64,000 nucleotides of DNA, from sequence record NC_028945.1, one strand, 5' to 3'. Below are positions 17,027 through 26,388 of the stretch, one piece after another (the stretch's first letter is position 1; the number at the start of each line of letters is the position of its first letter). The translations under genes were made by a program, and so were the position numbers. The notes below the pieces were generated by a model that was not told the DNA's origin, did not search any database, and saw only the letters and a list, made by a program, of their open reading frames with translations.

Positions 17027-17035
17027 GTCATACAC

Positions 17036-17095
17036 AAGCCGGGAATGCGGGATCACTGAATGTGATGACCCTTCATAGCATCCCGGCTTCTTTTT
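17036..17095 (+). terminator. long hairpin plus U-tract in nrdJ leader (attenuator or sRNA)
   Basis: AAGCCGGGA/TCCCGGCTT outer stem, inner ATCAC/GTGAT stem, then T-tract. Confidence 0.6.
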
Positions 17096-17247
17096 GCGAC
17101 CTGTCTACGGTCCACACTATCCCTTAATCATGAACCTATCGACTCCGCTTCGGCTCATTTCCCGTGATCCGAACTCGTAAACCTGTCTTTTCAATTTTCA
17201 AAACCGGAGAACAAAATCCGGAATAATAATTAGAGGTTCCTAATTAA

Positions 17248-19431
17248 ATGACTTCCCTATCCAACTCTATTGCCACGAAAGGTTCAATCCGCTCTCAGAT
17301 TGTAGAACGCCGCACATATCTTCGACCCCTGAATGAAGAAGGCACCCTATTCGAAACGTTCGAACAGTCCATTGACCGGATGATCGAACATCAACGATGG
17401 CTTTGGGAACGTGCCAAGGCTGGCATGCACCTTTGCCCCGTCACCGATCAGTGGATTCTTGAGCCGCTGACACTACAGGAAGAAGAAGAGCTTGAAGAAC
17501 TCCGCTCCTTGCTTCTCCAACGTAAGATTACCCTTGCCGGTCGTACCCGCTGGCTTGGTGGCACGGAAATCGCCAAGCGCCGCGAATCTTCCATGTTCAA
17601 CTGTTCCTTCCTTGAAGTGCGCTCTGTATATGACGTCGTTGACGTGCTTTGGCTTCTGCTTCAGGGTTGTGGCGTCGGCTTCCGCCCGATTGTCGGTGTC
17701 CTGAACGGCTTCAACGTTCCGATTGAAGACATCGAAGTCATCCGGACCACCCGCAAGTCGAAAGGTGGTGCCGAGAAAAACAGCGAATCGTTTGACAAGA
17801 AAACCGGCACATGGACGATCCGAATCGGCGACAGTGCCGAAGCATGGGCAAAGTCCATTGGCAAGCTCCTTGCTGGCAAGCGGACCGCGAAGAAGCTGGT
17901 ACTCGACTTCTCCCAAATTCGCCCCGCTGGCGACCGTCTGAAAGGCTATGGCTGGATTTCGTCGGGTGACGAACAGATTGCCAAGGCATTCGAAGCAATC
18001 GCCCGTATCCTCTCTAAAGCCGCTGGTCGCCTTCTTACCCGCATCGAAATCCTTGATATCGTCAATTGGCTTGGCACGGTCCTTTCGTCGCGTCGGTCCG
18101 CTGAAATCTGCCTGATGGCTGTCGGCGAAGACGAATGGCAGGACTTCGCAACCGCCAAGAGCAATTGGTGGGATTTCTACAACAAGGACGGCGACAAGTT
18201 CGATGTTCCGGAAGGTCTGAACCCGTTCGCTAAGGCAGACAAGAAGAAGATCGAAGCGCTTGCTAATGCTGCCGGTTATTTCGACCGCGCACAACGCCAG
18301 CAATCCAACAACACGTTGATGTTCTTCCATCGTCCGACCCGCGACGAAGTCAAGTACATCTTCGACCTGATGGAAGCCGCTGGTGGTTCCGAACCCGGAT
18401 TCTCGAATGCTGTTGAGGCTCTTCGCCGCGCGCCTTGGTTCAAGGGCGGCAACCCCTGCTATGAAATCCTGCTTGGCGACCGTTCGTTCTGTAACCTTGT
18501 CGAAACCGTTCTTTTCCGATTCAATGGCGATCCGGAAGGCTTGGCACGCGCTCATTACATCGTCGCCCGTGCGAACTATCGCCAGACGTGCGTATGGCTT
18601 GATGACGGTATCCTACAGCGCGGTTGGCATGAACTGAACGAATACCTTCACCTTTGCGGCGTTGGCGTCACTGGCGTCGTCTCGTGGGATTCGTGGCGTT
18701 CTGCCGAAGCATGGCGCGACGTTCGCGATGCCGCTCATGACGGTGCCAATAGCATGGCTGATGACCTTGGCATGCCGCGCCCGAAGGCGGTCACCACGAT
18801 CAAGCCGTCTGGTACACAGTCGAAGACGTTGTCGCTTCCCGGTCAAGAAGTTCCGGAAGGCATCCATGCTCCGCTTGGTCGCTTCATCTTCAACAATGTC
18901 GGCATGTCCAAGCATGATCCGCTTGTTCCGATGCTGCGCAAGGCGAACTATCATGTCTTCGATCATCCGACCGACACGACAAGCGTTCTTGTCCGTATCC
19001 CGGTTGAATATTCGAACATCGACTTCACGAAGTTCAAGAAGACTGCCAAGGACGGACGTGAAATCGTTGTAGAAGTGAACACCGAGTCGGCAATCGATCA
19101 GCTTGAACGTTACAAGCTCGTGATGGAAAACTATGTCGATCATAATTGCTCGATTACCGTTTCCTACGATCTTGACGAAGTTCCGGGCATCATTGATTGG
19201 TTCATGGAAAATTGGGATTGCTTCGTTGGCGTTTCCTTCCTCTATCGCAACGATCCGACGAAGACGGCTGAAGACCTTGGTTATTCCTATCTCCCGCAAG
19301 AAGTTGTAGACGAAGACACGTTCCGCAACTATGAGGCGACCCTTGGTGAAATCGACTGGACCGGCACGGATACCGAACTTGGTGTTGAAAATGCTGGCGA
19401 AACATGTGTGAGCGGATGTCCGATTCGGTAA
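17248..19431 (+). CDS. nrdJ: class II adenosylcobalamin-dependent ribonucleotide reductase (monomeric RTPR type)
   Basis: FNCSF, GCGVGF, EPG, NPCYEI, CNLVE, TTIKPSGT, HN.S.T and C-terminal C...CPIR. Confidence 0.93.
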   Translation: MTSLSNSIATKGSIRSQIVERRTYLRPLNEEGTLFETFEQSIDRMIEHQRWLWERAKAGMHLCPVTDQWILEPLTLQEEEELEELRSLLLQRKITLAGRTRWLGGTEIAKRRESSMFNCSFLEVRSVYDVVDVLWLLLQGCGVGFRPIVGVLNGFNVPIEDIEVIRTTRKSKGGAEKNSESFDKKTGTWTIRIGDSAEAWAKSIGKLLAGKRTAKKLVLDFSQIRPAGDRLKGYGWISSGDEQIAKAFEAIARILSKAAGRLLTRIEILDIVNWLGTVLSSRRSAEICLMAVGEDEWQDFATAKSNWWDFYNKDGDKFDVPEGLNPFAKADKKKIEALANAAGYFDRAQRQQSNNTLMFFHRPTRDEVKYIFDLMEAAGGSEPGFSNAVEALRRAPWFKGGNPCYEILLGDRSFCNLVETVLFRFNGDPEGLARAHYIVARANYRQTCVWLDDGILQRGWHELNEYLHLCGVGVTGVVSWDSWRSAEAWRDVRDAAHDGANSMADDLGMPRPKAVTTIKPSGTQSKTLSLPGQEVPEGIHAPLGRFIFNNVGMSKHDPLVPMLRKANYHVFDHPTDTTSVLVRIPVEYSNIDFTKFKKTAKDGREIVVEVNTESAIDQLERYKLVMENYVDHNCSITVSYDLDEVPGIIDWFMENWDCFVGVSFLYRNDPTKTAEDLGYSYLPQEVVDEDTFRNYEATLGEIDWTGTDTELGVENAGETCVSGCPIR

Positions 19432-19446
19432 TCTGAAACAAAATAT

Positions 19447-19529
19447 GAAATAATTTCAAATTCCCTGTTGACACCGACAGGGAATTTTTCTATGTTTGAA
19501 GCATAGAGAGAAACGAAAGAGAGACACCG
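19447..19529 (+). promoter_or_regulatory. conserved early promoter cassette with -35 inside a 10-bp inverted repeat
   Basis: AAATTCCCTG-TTGACACCGA-CAGGGAATTT; -10 TATGTT. Confidence 0.82.
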
Positions 19530-19787
19530 ATGAAGACCGCTTTTGACGCCGCCAAAGTCAAGATCACCCGCAAGCGTTTCAGCGCCACACAAGGCGAAGT
19601 CCTTGTCGAGTATGACGGCGTCAAGATCGAACAATATGGCGACAAGATCACCCTCGTCGTCGGTGCCGCGTGGGAAGGCTATCCCGATGCCTTCTGGCTT
19701 GCCGTCGCCGAACGCGAAGCCCTTCGACGCGGCCTCGTTTTGACCCGCGAAGAACAGCTTGCCAAAATCATTGATCAATACAATTGA
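19530..19787 (+). CDS. hypothetical protein
   Basis: after cassette. Confidence 0.7.
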   Translation: MKTAFDAAKVKITRKRFSATQGEVLVEYDGVKIEQYGDKITLVVGAAWEGYPDAFWLAVAEREALRRGLVLTREEQLAKIIDQYN

Positions 19788-19793
19788 GGTTTC

Positions 19794-20063
19794 ATGCCCG
19801 TCAACCGCGACAAAGCCGCTGCCGATCTTTACCGCGTTTCCGTCCGTGGAGCGCGCAAGGAAATGATCATGTTTTCGCAGTGCGACGAAGGAAGGGATGT
19901 CGGTTTGTTGCGCGCCTATATGGCTTCCGATCAGGCACAACTCGCCCGCATCCGCCGCCGCAATGCTGTCACTCGTGGTGATAAGGTGAAGCGGAAAGCC
20001 GATTTCTATGCCGTCCTTGCCCGGATGGCTGAACGTCTCGACAGACTCACTTGTGGATTTTGA
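19794..20063 (+). CDS. hypothetical basic protein
   Basis: RBS GAGG. Confidence 0.65.
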   Translation: MPVNRDKAAADLYRVSVRGARKEMIMFSQCDEGRDVGLLRAYMASDQAQLARIRRRNAVTRGDKVKRKADFYAVLARMAERLDRLTCGF

Positions 20064-20138
20064 AATAATTTCAAATTCTCTCTTGACCGGAAACCGAATC
20101 TGGTCTAATTTCAAATCATAGAGAAAAGAGAGAACGTC
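20062..20138 (+). promoter_or_regulatory. conserved early promoter/leader cassette
   Basis: TTGAC(20083)-N18-TAATTT. Confidence 0.8.
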
Positions 20139-20396
20139 ATGAGCTTCTACAAACAGACCGTCCGCAAGAATGCCAAAAACACCTTCTATGCCTTCGGGCG
20201 CGAAGACAAGCTTGACGGCATGCCGACCGCGCAAGGCGGTTACAAGATTTACAAGCTTTGCGAGAATTATGACGGTACAGTTCGCGGCGGCATCCGTAAG
20301 ACGTGGCGCGTTCAGCGCGAAAACCTGTCTTATGTCGATGCGATCAAGCTGATGAACAAGCGACTCGGTCGCGAAGAATTCAAACCGACAATGTAA
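20139..20396 (+). CDS. hypothetical protein
   Basis: after cassette. Confidence 0.7.
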   Translation: MSFYKQTVRKNAKNTFYAFGREDKLDGMPTAQGGYKIYKLCENYDGTVRGGIRKTWRVQRENLSYVDAIKLMNKRLGREEFKPTM

Positions 20397-20407
20397 GGTT
20401 CCCGTTC

Positions 20408-20569
20408 ATGTATGAAGTTCGCATCAACATCGCCGATTTGACCGCCGCCTGTATCGCCCTTTATTCCGTCAAAGTCCTTGCTGCCGGGTCGCTCTATGCG
20501 ACCCTTGAATGTGATGAAGTCGCGCTTCGGCGGCTCACCAAAGCTGGCATTATTTGGACACTTGATTAA
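20408..20569 (+). CDS. hypothetical protein
   Basis: RBS AAGG; ATG 20408. Confidence 0.55.
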   Translation: MYEVRINIADLTAACIALYSVKVLAAGSLYATLECDEVALRRLTKAGIIWTLD

Positions 20570-20576
20570 AAAAGCA

Positions 20577-20598
20577 AAAGCCGGGATTTCCCGGCTTT
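20577..20598. terminator. bidirectional terminator
   Basis: AAAGCCGGG-ATTT-CCCGGCTTT between convergent genes. Confidence 0.85.
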
Positions 20599-20602
20599 AA
20601 TT

Positions 20603-22930
20603 TTAGAGAGACGATTTGAAGGTGTTCCATGCGGTATAGAAGGCGGCTTGCTCGGTTGACGTCAAGCCCGCTCCCGCCGCAAACAGACCGAACGTTCTTG
20701 CCAAAGACGTCGTCCCGGAGATAGAACCTATCCGGAAGTTGCCGTTTGCGACCGCTGCCGAGACTTGTGCCGTCGTTCCTAACGAAGTCCCGTTCCTGAA
20801 CGCTTCCGCCGCTGTCGCCCCCGTACGGTTCAGTACGAAGAAACCAGTCGGTTGCGTGTTGTTGATCGTCACGGCAGACGCTTGGTTGATACGCATGCTC
20901 ACGAATGTGCCGGTAGATGGTGCGATTGTCGTACCCTTGCTGCCGTCGTGGAAACCCGCGAGGGACGACGCATTGGTGACACCAACAAGAACGTCCACGA
21001 TAAACGAAGCGCTATCCTGAACATACTGACTTCCACCAGTCGCCGGATTATATCCGGTGTTGATCCATGAAGACGATGTGTTGGTAGCGACACCAGCATC
21101 CGCCGTGAATGTCGGTGTTCCGTTCAAGGTGCCGGTAAAGGTTGCCGGATTTTTCCAGTTCAACAGCGAAGCTTGCTGATCATGCGCCATATAAACTTGG
21201 ATGGCGTCCATCTTATTCCAAACATTGGCGTTCTTGAGCGCGACGATCATGTTATCAATGGCAGTCTTACGGGTGTCGGACGGCTGGACCGTCATTGCCG
21301 CAAACAGCGCGACCGCTTCGCCAGAATATGCCGCACTTGCCTCAATCGGACCAATTGCGTTCGAAGTCGCTTCAGTTGATCCGGCAGCATTCGTTGCCGT
21401 TACCGAAACAGTGACAGAATCGCCGGTTTCATTCGCCGTCAATGTATAAGTCGAGTTTGTCGCGCCGGAAATCGCAACGCCATTCGACTTCCACTGATAT
21501 GCGTAGGAAATCGGGTTAGAACCCGTCCACGTGCCGTTTGACGTGACCGTGAGGACTTGACCAACGACAGCACCACCCGTCACCGTAGGAGCAACTGTAT
21601 TGGCAGGAGCCGCAAGCACTTCGCCGACATAAGTCCTGCGCATTTCTTCCAAACGTGATTTGACCAAATCCGCCATGGCTTCATGAACGATTTCGGACGG
21701 GTGAACACCATCGATAGTACCGAACGCAACCCATCGATCCGTCAAGGTCGCATCTACTTGAGCCGCCGTATGGTCGTAATAGCCGTCAATGTTGGCGTCC
21801 GAAGCCACTTCGGAAATGACCGTGTTGTTCACGAAATCGCGCCAAGCACCACCAGTCTCAAAGCCCGTTTTCGGTGTTTGGTTTGCGACCGTATCCCATG
21901 TGTCCGTACTGTCGGTCTTTGGTGACAGGAGAATTTGTTCGACGTGACCGATGCCAGCCGACTTCAAAATTTGCCAAGTAGTTCTGAACCGTGTCAGTGT
22001 GTTGCTTGCGGTTTCGCCGGTCGAATAGTCATTGCCGCCATGTCCCGCCCATGCGTGATTGACATAAGGGAAGATCGCGGACCTTTTTGCGTAACTTTGA
22101 ACGAAAATCTTGGAAGTCTCACCAGATTTCGCCAAGGACACGCGAGCGAGCTTGCGCCCATAGACATCATGCATTGAACGACGAAGCCAACCGCCGCCGT
22201 CGTTCAGTCCGTCGCCGCCATTGTCGCCAACACCGTTCTCGATAGAGGCACCGACAACACCAAGCGCGAACATCTTCGACACCGGCTTGCCAATGGTCAC
22301 AACAGGGAAGAACATCCAAGAGTTCTGTGCTACCCAACCGGAACCGGTCGTCAATGCGCCAGTGTTCAGAAGTTGGGAAACGGCGCTGGTCGCACCAACA
22401 ACACATCCTTCGCCGCTGATCGGATTGTCATATGCGGATGTCGTGTGGTAAATGAACTTCCCGCCTTCGACACACTCACGCTCATACCGAATCCAGTATT
22501 GAGTGTACTTGGTGAACCGTGTGAGACCGAATTGGGAAGGTGTCAGTGCGTCCGTGAGAACAAGAGCATCGCCGGGATTGATGACCTTCGAATTGCTACC
22601 TTCGAACAATACCGGAACCGTGACACCGTTACATTCGACCGCTGCCTTCAGGGTTACAGCGTTCGAAGCATTAAGCTCACCTGTCGCATCAACAAACCAA
22701 CCGGCAAAGCCGAGCTTGATTTCCGTCACATCAACGTCGCCGATGTAATGGCGATTTCTGCCGATCTGCTTGACGTTGGAAGCGGTCGTGGCAGCGCCTT
22801 CAAGCGCGGAAATTTCACCACGCGTGCCGACAACCTGATAGGGCAAACCGCCGACACCACCGCCGCGATTGCCACGGGCGGCAGGTTTCATGCCGGTAAG
22901 GTTTCGGATGCCGGGAGTTAGAATGAACAT
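20603..22930 (-). CDS. virion-associated protein with SGNH esterase domain, Ig-like domain and C-terminal beta domain
   Basis: G(A)S, GGND, DGVHP blocks; APANTVAP...YAYQW...STYTL...V.VTATN Ig-like segment; Ala/Thr/Gly-rich. Confidence 0.7.
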   Translation of the reverse strand: MFILTPGIRNLTGMKPAARGNRGGGVGGLPYQVVGTRGEISALEGAATTASNVKQIGRNRHYIGDVDVTEIKLGFAGWFVDATGELNASNAVTLKAAVECNGVTVPVLFEGSNSKVINPGDALVLTDALTPSQFGLTRFTKYTQYWIRYERECVEGGKFIYHTTSAYDNPISGEGCVVGATSAVSQLLNTGALTTGSGWVAQNSWMFFPVVTIGKPVSKMFALGVVGASIENGVGDNGGDGLNDGGGWLRRSMHDVYGRKLARVSLAKSGETSKIFVQSYAKRSAIFPYVNHAWAGHGGNDYSTGETASNTLTRFRTTWQILKSAGIGHVEQILLSPKTDSTDTWDTVANQTPKTGFETGGAWRDFVNNTVISEVASDANIDGYYDHTAAQVDATLTDRWVAFGTIDGVHPSEIVHEAMADLVKSRLEEMRRTYVGEVLAAPANTVAPTVTGGAVVGQVLTVTSNGTWTGSNPISYAYQWKSNGVAISGATNSTYTLTANETGDSVTVSVTATNAAGSTEATSNAIGPIEASAAYSGEAVALFAAMTVQPSDTRKTAIDNMIVALKNANVWNKMDAIQVYMAHDQQASLLNWKNPATFTGTLNGTPTFTADAGVATNTSSSWINTGYNPATGGSQYVQDSASFIVDVLVGVTNASSLAGFHDGSKGTTIAPSTGTFVSMRINQASAVTINNTQPTGFFVLNRTGATAAEAFRNGTSLGTTAQVSAAVANGNFRIGSISGTTSLARTFGLFAAGAGLTSTEQAAFYTAWNTFKSSL

Positions 22931-22940
22931 TCAACTATCC

Positions 22941-23231
22941 TTATGCGCGGTCGAGAACAGCGACTCGGGTGCCTTTCCGGATATACAGAGCGAACGGGAC
23001 GCCATTCACCAGCGGAATGCGGGCGGTTGCGACAGAAGCATTAGGAACAGAACCATCCGTCGTGAACGCTGCCCACATATTGCCGTCAAGCGGGGTGAGG
23101 ATCACGTAATTGAATTCAGCCGGGGATGCCGTCGAAGCCGCTCCGGAAGCAAGTTCGGACGAAACCAAATTTGCGTCGATGACGTCGGACGAACTGGAAA
23201 TTTTAGTGAAGACTACAGAGCAAGTTGCCAT
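22941..23231 (-). CDS. small putative virion protein
   Basis: late motif TAAATA (23262-23257) and RBS AAAGGA upstream. Confidence 0.65.
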   Translation of the reverse strand: MATCSVVFTKISSSSDVIDANLVSSELASGAASTASPAEFNYVILTPLDGNMWAAFTTDGSVPNASVATARIPLVNGVPFALYIRKGTRVAVLDRA

Positions 23232-23259
23232 TTTAGAATCCTTTCAAGTTTTCTTGTAT

Positions 23260-23676
23260 TTAGTCCTTTAGCGCCCGTAGGTGAGAACCGGATATCCGAC
23301 ACATGATGTAATCATTGTAGTAATCGTCTCTTAGTAATACGTCATGTTCGAACTGTAATTTCGCTTCATAATAAGTGCTTTCCGCATTCGACCGACACAG
23401 TTTCAGTATTTCCCTTTTGAACCGAGATGAACCGTGTTCATCCACCAATGCTTTAATCTTCTCGTTGCTACCATGGTAGGACTGCCAGTCAGATTCAGTG
23501 ATCTTAGTTCTTTTACGCTTTTGTCCTTTGAGTGGCGGTAAGGTCTTCTTGTTGTAGAAAGTCTTCTTTCCGATGTACTTTCTACCGCTCACAAGGTCCG
23601 TTATTAGATAAACGAACGCTTTAAACTTACCGATGTCTTCGGATGTGAACTCTTTTCCTTCAAAATACCAAGTCAT
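23260..23676 (-). CDS. GIY-YIG domain protein conserved in T4-like phages
   Basis: AFVYLIT....RKYIGKK, ESDW.SY.GS, F.REIL..C motifs; TAATG coupling at 23676. Confidence 0.8.
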   Translation of the reverse strand: MTWYFEGKEFTSEDIGKFKAFVYLITDLVSGRKYIGKKTFYNKKTLPPLKGQKRKRTKITESDWQSYHGSNEKIKALVDEHGSSRFKREILKLCRSNAESTYYEAKLQFEHDVLLRDDYYNDYIMCRISGSHLRALKD

Positions 23677-24536
23677 TACTTTGCTTCCTTTGGTTCGAAC
23701 CAAAACCCAAGGTCGCGAAATGTTCTTCCTACGATTTCTTCGGAATAATTGGTTTTCAAATATTCTGATTGATTATAAGATGTCTTTGAGATTACTTTCT
23801 CGGGGTGTTTCTTACACCAGCGGTATACCGACATGTAGGTGGTATTTTCTGGGCATTTGTAGGGAGAATCGACCTTTCCCCAAGGGGTGTGATACCATCC
23901 GGTAAAACGGTTGTGGTTCTCGCCTTTATGTCTTCCATCACTCTGTATTGCTTTTAATTTCGCTCTTGTTTCATCAGAAATCGGCGGTCTGTTCAGCGCT
24001 GCATTTTTCATTTTTGCTATAGTTTCTTCGGAATGTTTCTTCCCGAAGAACGGGTTCTGTTCTCCATATTTTCCAAACATTGGGTTATTAGCGCCAGAGA
24101 TTTTCTCGATAGTTGCTTCGGAATGTCGCTTTCCATAGAAGGGATTTCCTTCTCCACTGAAGGCAATGCTCATGGCATCACACTGTTTTTTAGAAAGCTT
24201 CTTCCCCTTGTGAATTTTGCTAATTTTGGCTTTAATTTCGTCACTCATTTCGATGCGACCGGCGACACCAGAAGTATTAAACAAAGGCGTGTTAGCATTG
24301 TTGATGTAATGCTGTTCTGTCTCTATGAGACTATCGACGTCCACTTCTTCTAAAATCTCAAAAACAAAATTTTCAATGCCATGTTTGTTAAATGATTTCT
24401 GAAGATGATCGCAATGATGACGATTGTTCTTCAAATCGTAGAAGTGATGACGTTTCCGTTCTTTAAAATTGTTGGTAGAACCGACATATATCTTGCCACT
24501 TATCACGTTTCTTATTTGATATATTCCGGATTTCAT
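23676..24536 (-). mobile_element. free-standing GIY-YIG homing endonuclease (Seg-like) with NUMOD3 repeats
   Basis: GIYQI.N...KIYVGS, NP(F/M)(Y/F)GK.HSEET repeats; AT-rich. Confidence 0.9.
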
Positions 24537-24538
24537 GA

Positions 24539-24573
24539 AAATACCCTTGTAGTTGCTTGTACAAGGGTATTTA
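24539..24573 (-). promoter_or_regulatory. RBS-occluding 13-bp hairpin with embedded late promoter
   Basis: AAATACCCTTGTA-8nt-TACAAGGGTATTT; TAAATA at the 5' arm base, AAGGG in the 3' arm just before the ATG. Confidence 0.75.
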
Positions 24574-24602
24574 GCAAATGAGATATTTGGACCAATCCGA
24601 AA

Positions 24603-25235
24603 TTACTTGGCTGCGATTATAGCGGCATAAAAAGCCTTCGCTTCCCCGGCAATCTTTTCCGCTTTGTCGGTTCCATTAATGATTCGGCGAGCACCAACCC
24701 AATCGGTTTTGGTGTCATTGAAGTAATCGGAAAGCTTCTTGCCAGTATATGCGCCCGATGTCATACCATCAAACATGATCGCAACGGCAAAATCAGGTTC
24801 CAATGCTTTATCGGGATTATTTTCAATTCCGTATTTGCGGTAGTTATCGCGTCCTGTGAGTTGGACAAGCCCCCTGCCACGCATGAGCCAACCATCGCCG
24901 GAAGCTTCCGGACCGTTGCCCATACGATTGCCATATGCGCGATTCGCAATGGCTTGTGGCTTGCGCTCATACTTGGCAGCATCGGCAAGATTGAAATATT
25001 TGGGGAACGTCGCCCGAAGACCCTTCGCCGAATAGTTCAAATTCTCCATGATCGGAACCATTCGCCCGCCTGTCTCGTGGAAGGCAGTCGCCAAGGCATA
25101 AGCAAGCCAACGCGCGTCAAGCTTCTCCATCCTATTCAGGATCGCCGAAATCCCCACAACTTGTTCCGAGGAAAGTCTGCCATTGAACAACAACGGGTTG
25201 TCACGGATGGCGTCGAAGAATTTCTTTCTGTCCAT
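24603..25235 (-). CDS. glycoside hydrolase family 19 endolysin
   Basis: AY.LATAFHETG, ENLNYS..GL, GRGLVQLTG..NY, ARRIING motifs; TAAATA upstream. Confidence 0.88.
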   Translation of the reverse strand: MDRKKFFDAIRDNPLLFNGRLSSEQVVGISAILNRMEKLDARWLAYALATAFHETGGRMVPIMENLNYSAKGLRATFPKYFNLADAAKYERKPQAIANRAYGNRMGNGPEASGDGWLMRGRGLVQLTGRDNYRKYGIENNPDKALEPDFAVAIMFDGMTSGAYTGKKLSDYFNDTKTDWVGARRIINGTDKAEKIAGEAKAFYAAIIAAK

Positions 25236-25261
25236 GTCTTATCACTCCTGTTTAACGTTAT

Positions 25262-25918
25262 TTAGGAATGTAAGATCGCCCATCCTTTGTAAGTTTTAGA
25301 ACAGTATTTACCATTCGCAAGATTGTACATTGCGCTAACATCAAACTTGTTTTGCGCACAAAATTGCTTCATGTTTGTGACTGTTACCAAATTTCCTTTT
25401 GGGTCTATGAATTGATACGTCTTCTTGCCTTTACCTGTCTTAGCTTGGGACATTTTGGCACGAGTTTCTTCGCTGGCTTTGCTCCCGGCTCTTGCGGCGG
25501 ATATCCTTTGTTTTGTCTTTTCGCTGCGCTTCCTTCCACGATGGTCAAAGACTGCTTTTCCATATCTTGGATTAGCCGGACCACGCATCGATTCGGCAAA
25601 TACTTTCCGAGCGACTTCATACTGTTTTGAATTGAAATTGCGCTCATGTTTTTTGCTGGAATTGAGCATCCGATTGAAAGCACACGCCATTTTGTAAAAA
25701 TGAATGCTGTCAACCATTTTGGTTAATAGCCAATGGCATAAGAAGTGTTCTCTTGCCGTCAAGAGCACAAGATTGGATTTTGCGTTATTACCGCCCAACG
25801 ATTTAGGGACGATGTGATGGTTTTCATAATACTGGTCATCGGACTTCTTGCGATCTGAAGTCGCCGCACTTTTCACTATGCTAAAATACCAGTGCGTATA
25901 TTTTGACTCGTTAAACAA
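25262..25918 (-). mobile_element. free-standing HNH homing endonuclease (Mob-like) with NUMOD3 and C-terminal HTH-like domain
   Basis: HHIVPKSLGG.N..SNLV.LTAREH.LCH; KASEETRAKMS; AT-rich; TAAATA at 25950-25945. Confidence 0.88.
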
Positions 25919-26022
25919 TATTAATTTCCGCTCGATTTTTGAATTATTTATCGAACGTGCTATTGACGGATAAAATTTGAAATGATATCAAATAATCACA
26001 GTCAATCGAAAGGGATTTCCCA

Positions 26023-26130
26023 ATGAAGAAAGTCGCTGTTGATTTTGTGATGATCGCCGCTGTTCTTGCCGGTCTTGGCTTCTATGTCGCCATCCAAATG
26101 GCTGAAATCATTAAGATTTCCGCTGTATAA
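26023..26130 (+). CDS. 35-aa membrane peptide
   Basis: promoter TTGAC(25963)-N18-TATCAA, RBS AAGGGA. Confidence 0.55.
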   Translation: MKKVAVDFVMIAAVLAGLGFYVAIQMAEIIKISAV

Positions 26131-26210
26131 AAGATTAAAATTAAAATGAACCGGGGTGGCTTGACGGTCACCCTTTTTTCTGAAATATTCCAGTTCGAAA
26201 ATTAAAACAA

Positions 26211-26387
26211 ATGATCACAACACTGATTTTGACTCTCTTCTTCACCACCGGGGAACCGCCCCGGACGTTCGAATTTCAGAGCATGGATTATGCTACCTGC
26301 GAAACGAACAAGGACTACATCGCCAAAATCATCATGAGAGAAGCCGGGAACGTCTATGAGGTTACCCCGGAATGTAGAAAGGTTTGA
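26211..26387 (+). CDS. small exported Cys-pair protein (58 aa)
   Basis: signal-like N-terminus MITTLILTLFF; two Cys. Confidence 0.5.
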   Translation: MITTLILTLFFTTGEPPRTFEFQSMDYATCETNKDYIAKIIMREAGNVYEVTPECRKV

Positions 26388-26388
26388 A

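Noticed and set aside
17036-17247. Cobalamin riboswitch upstream of B12-dependent nrdJ
   Set aside because: No B12-box or core consensus recognisable and the leader is short; kept only as an unassigned attenuator-like hairpin
19400-19431. C-terminal CVSGCPIR of NrdJ (Cx3C rather than the common Cx4C)
   Set aside because: Minor spacing variant of the redox tail; no evidence of a functional difference
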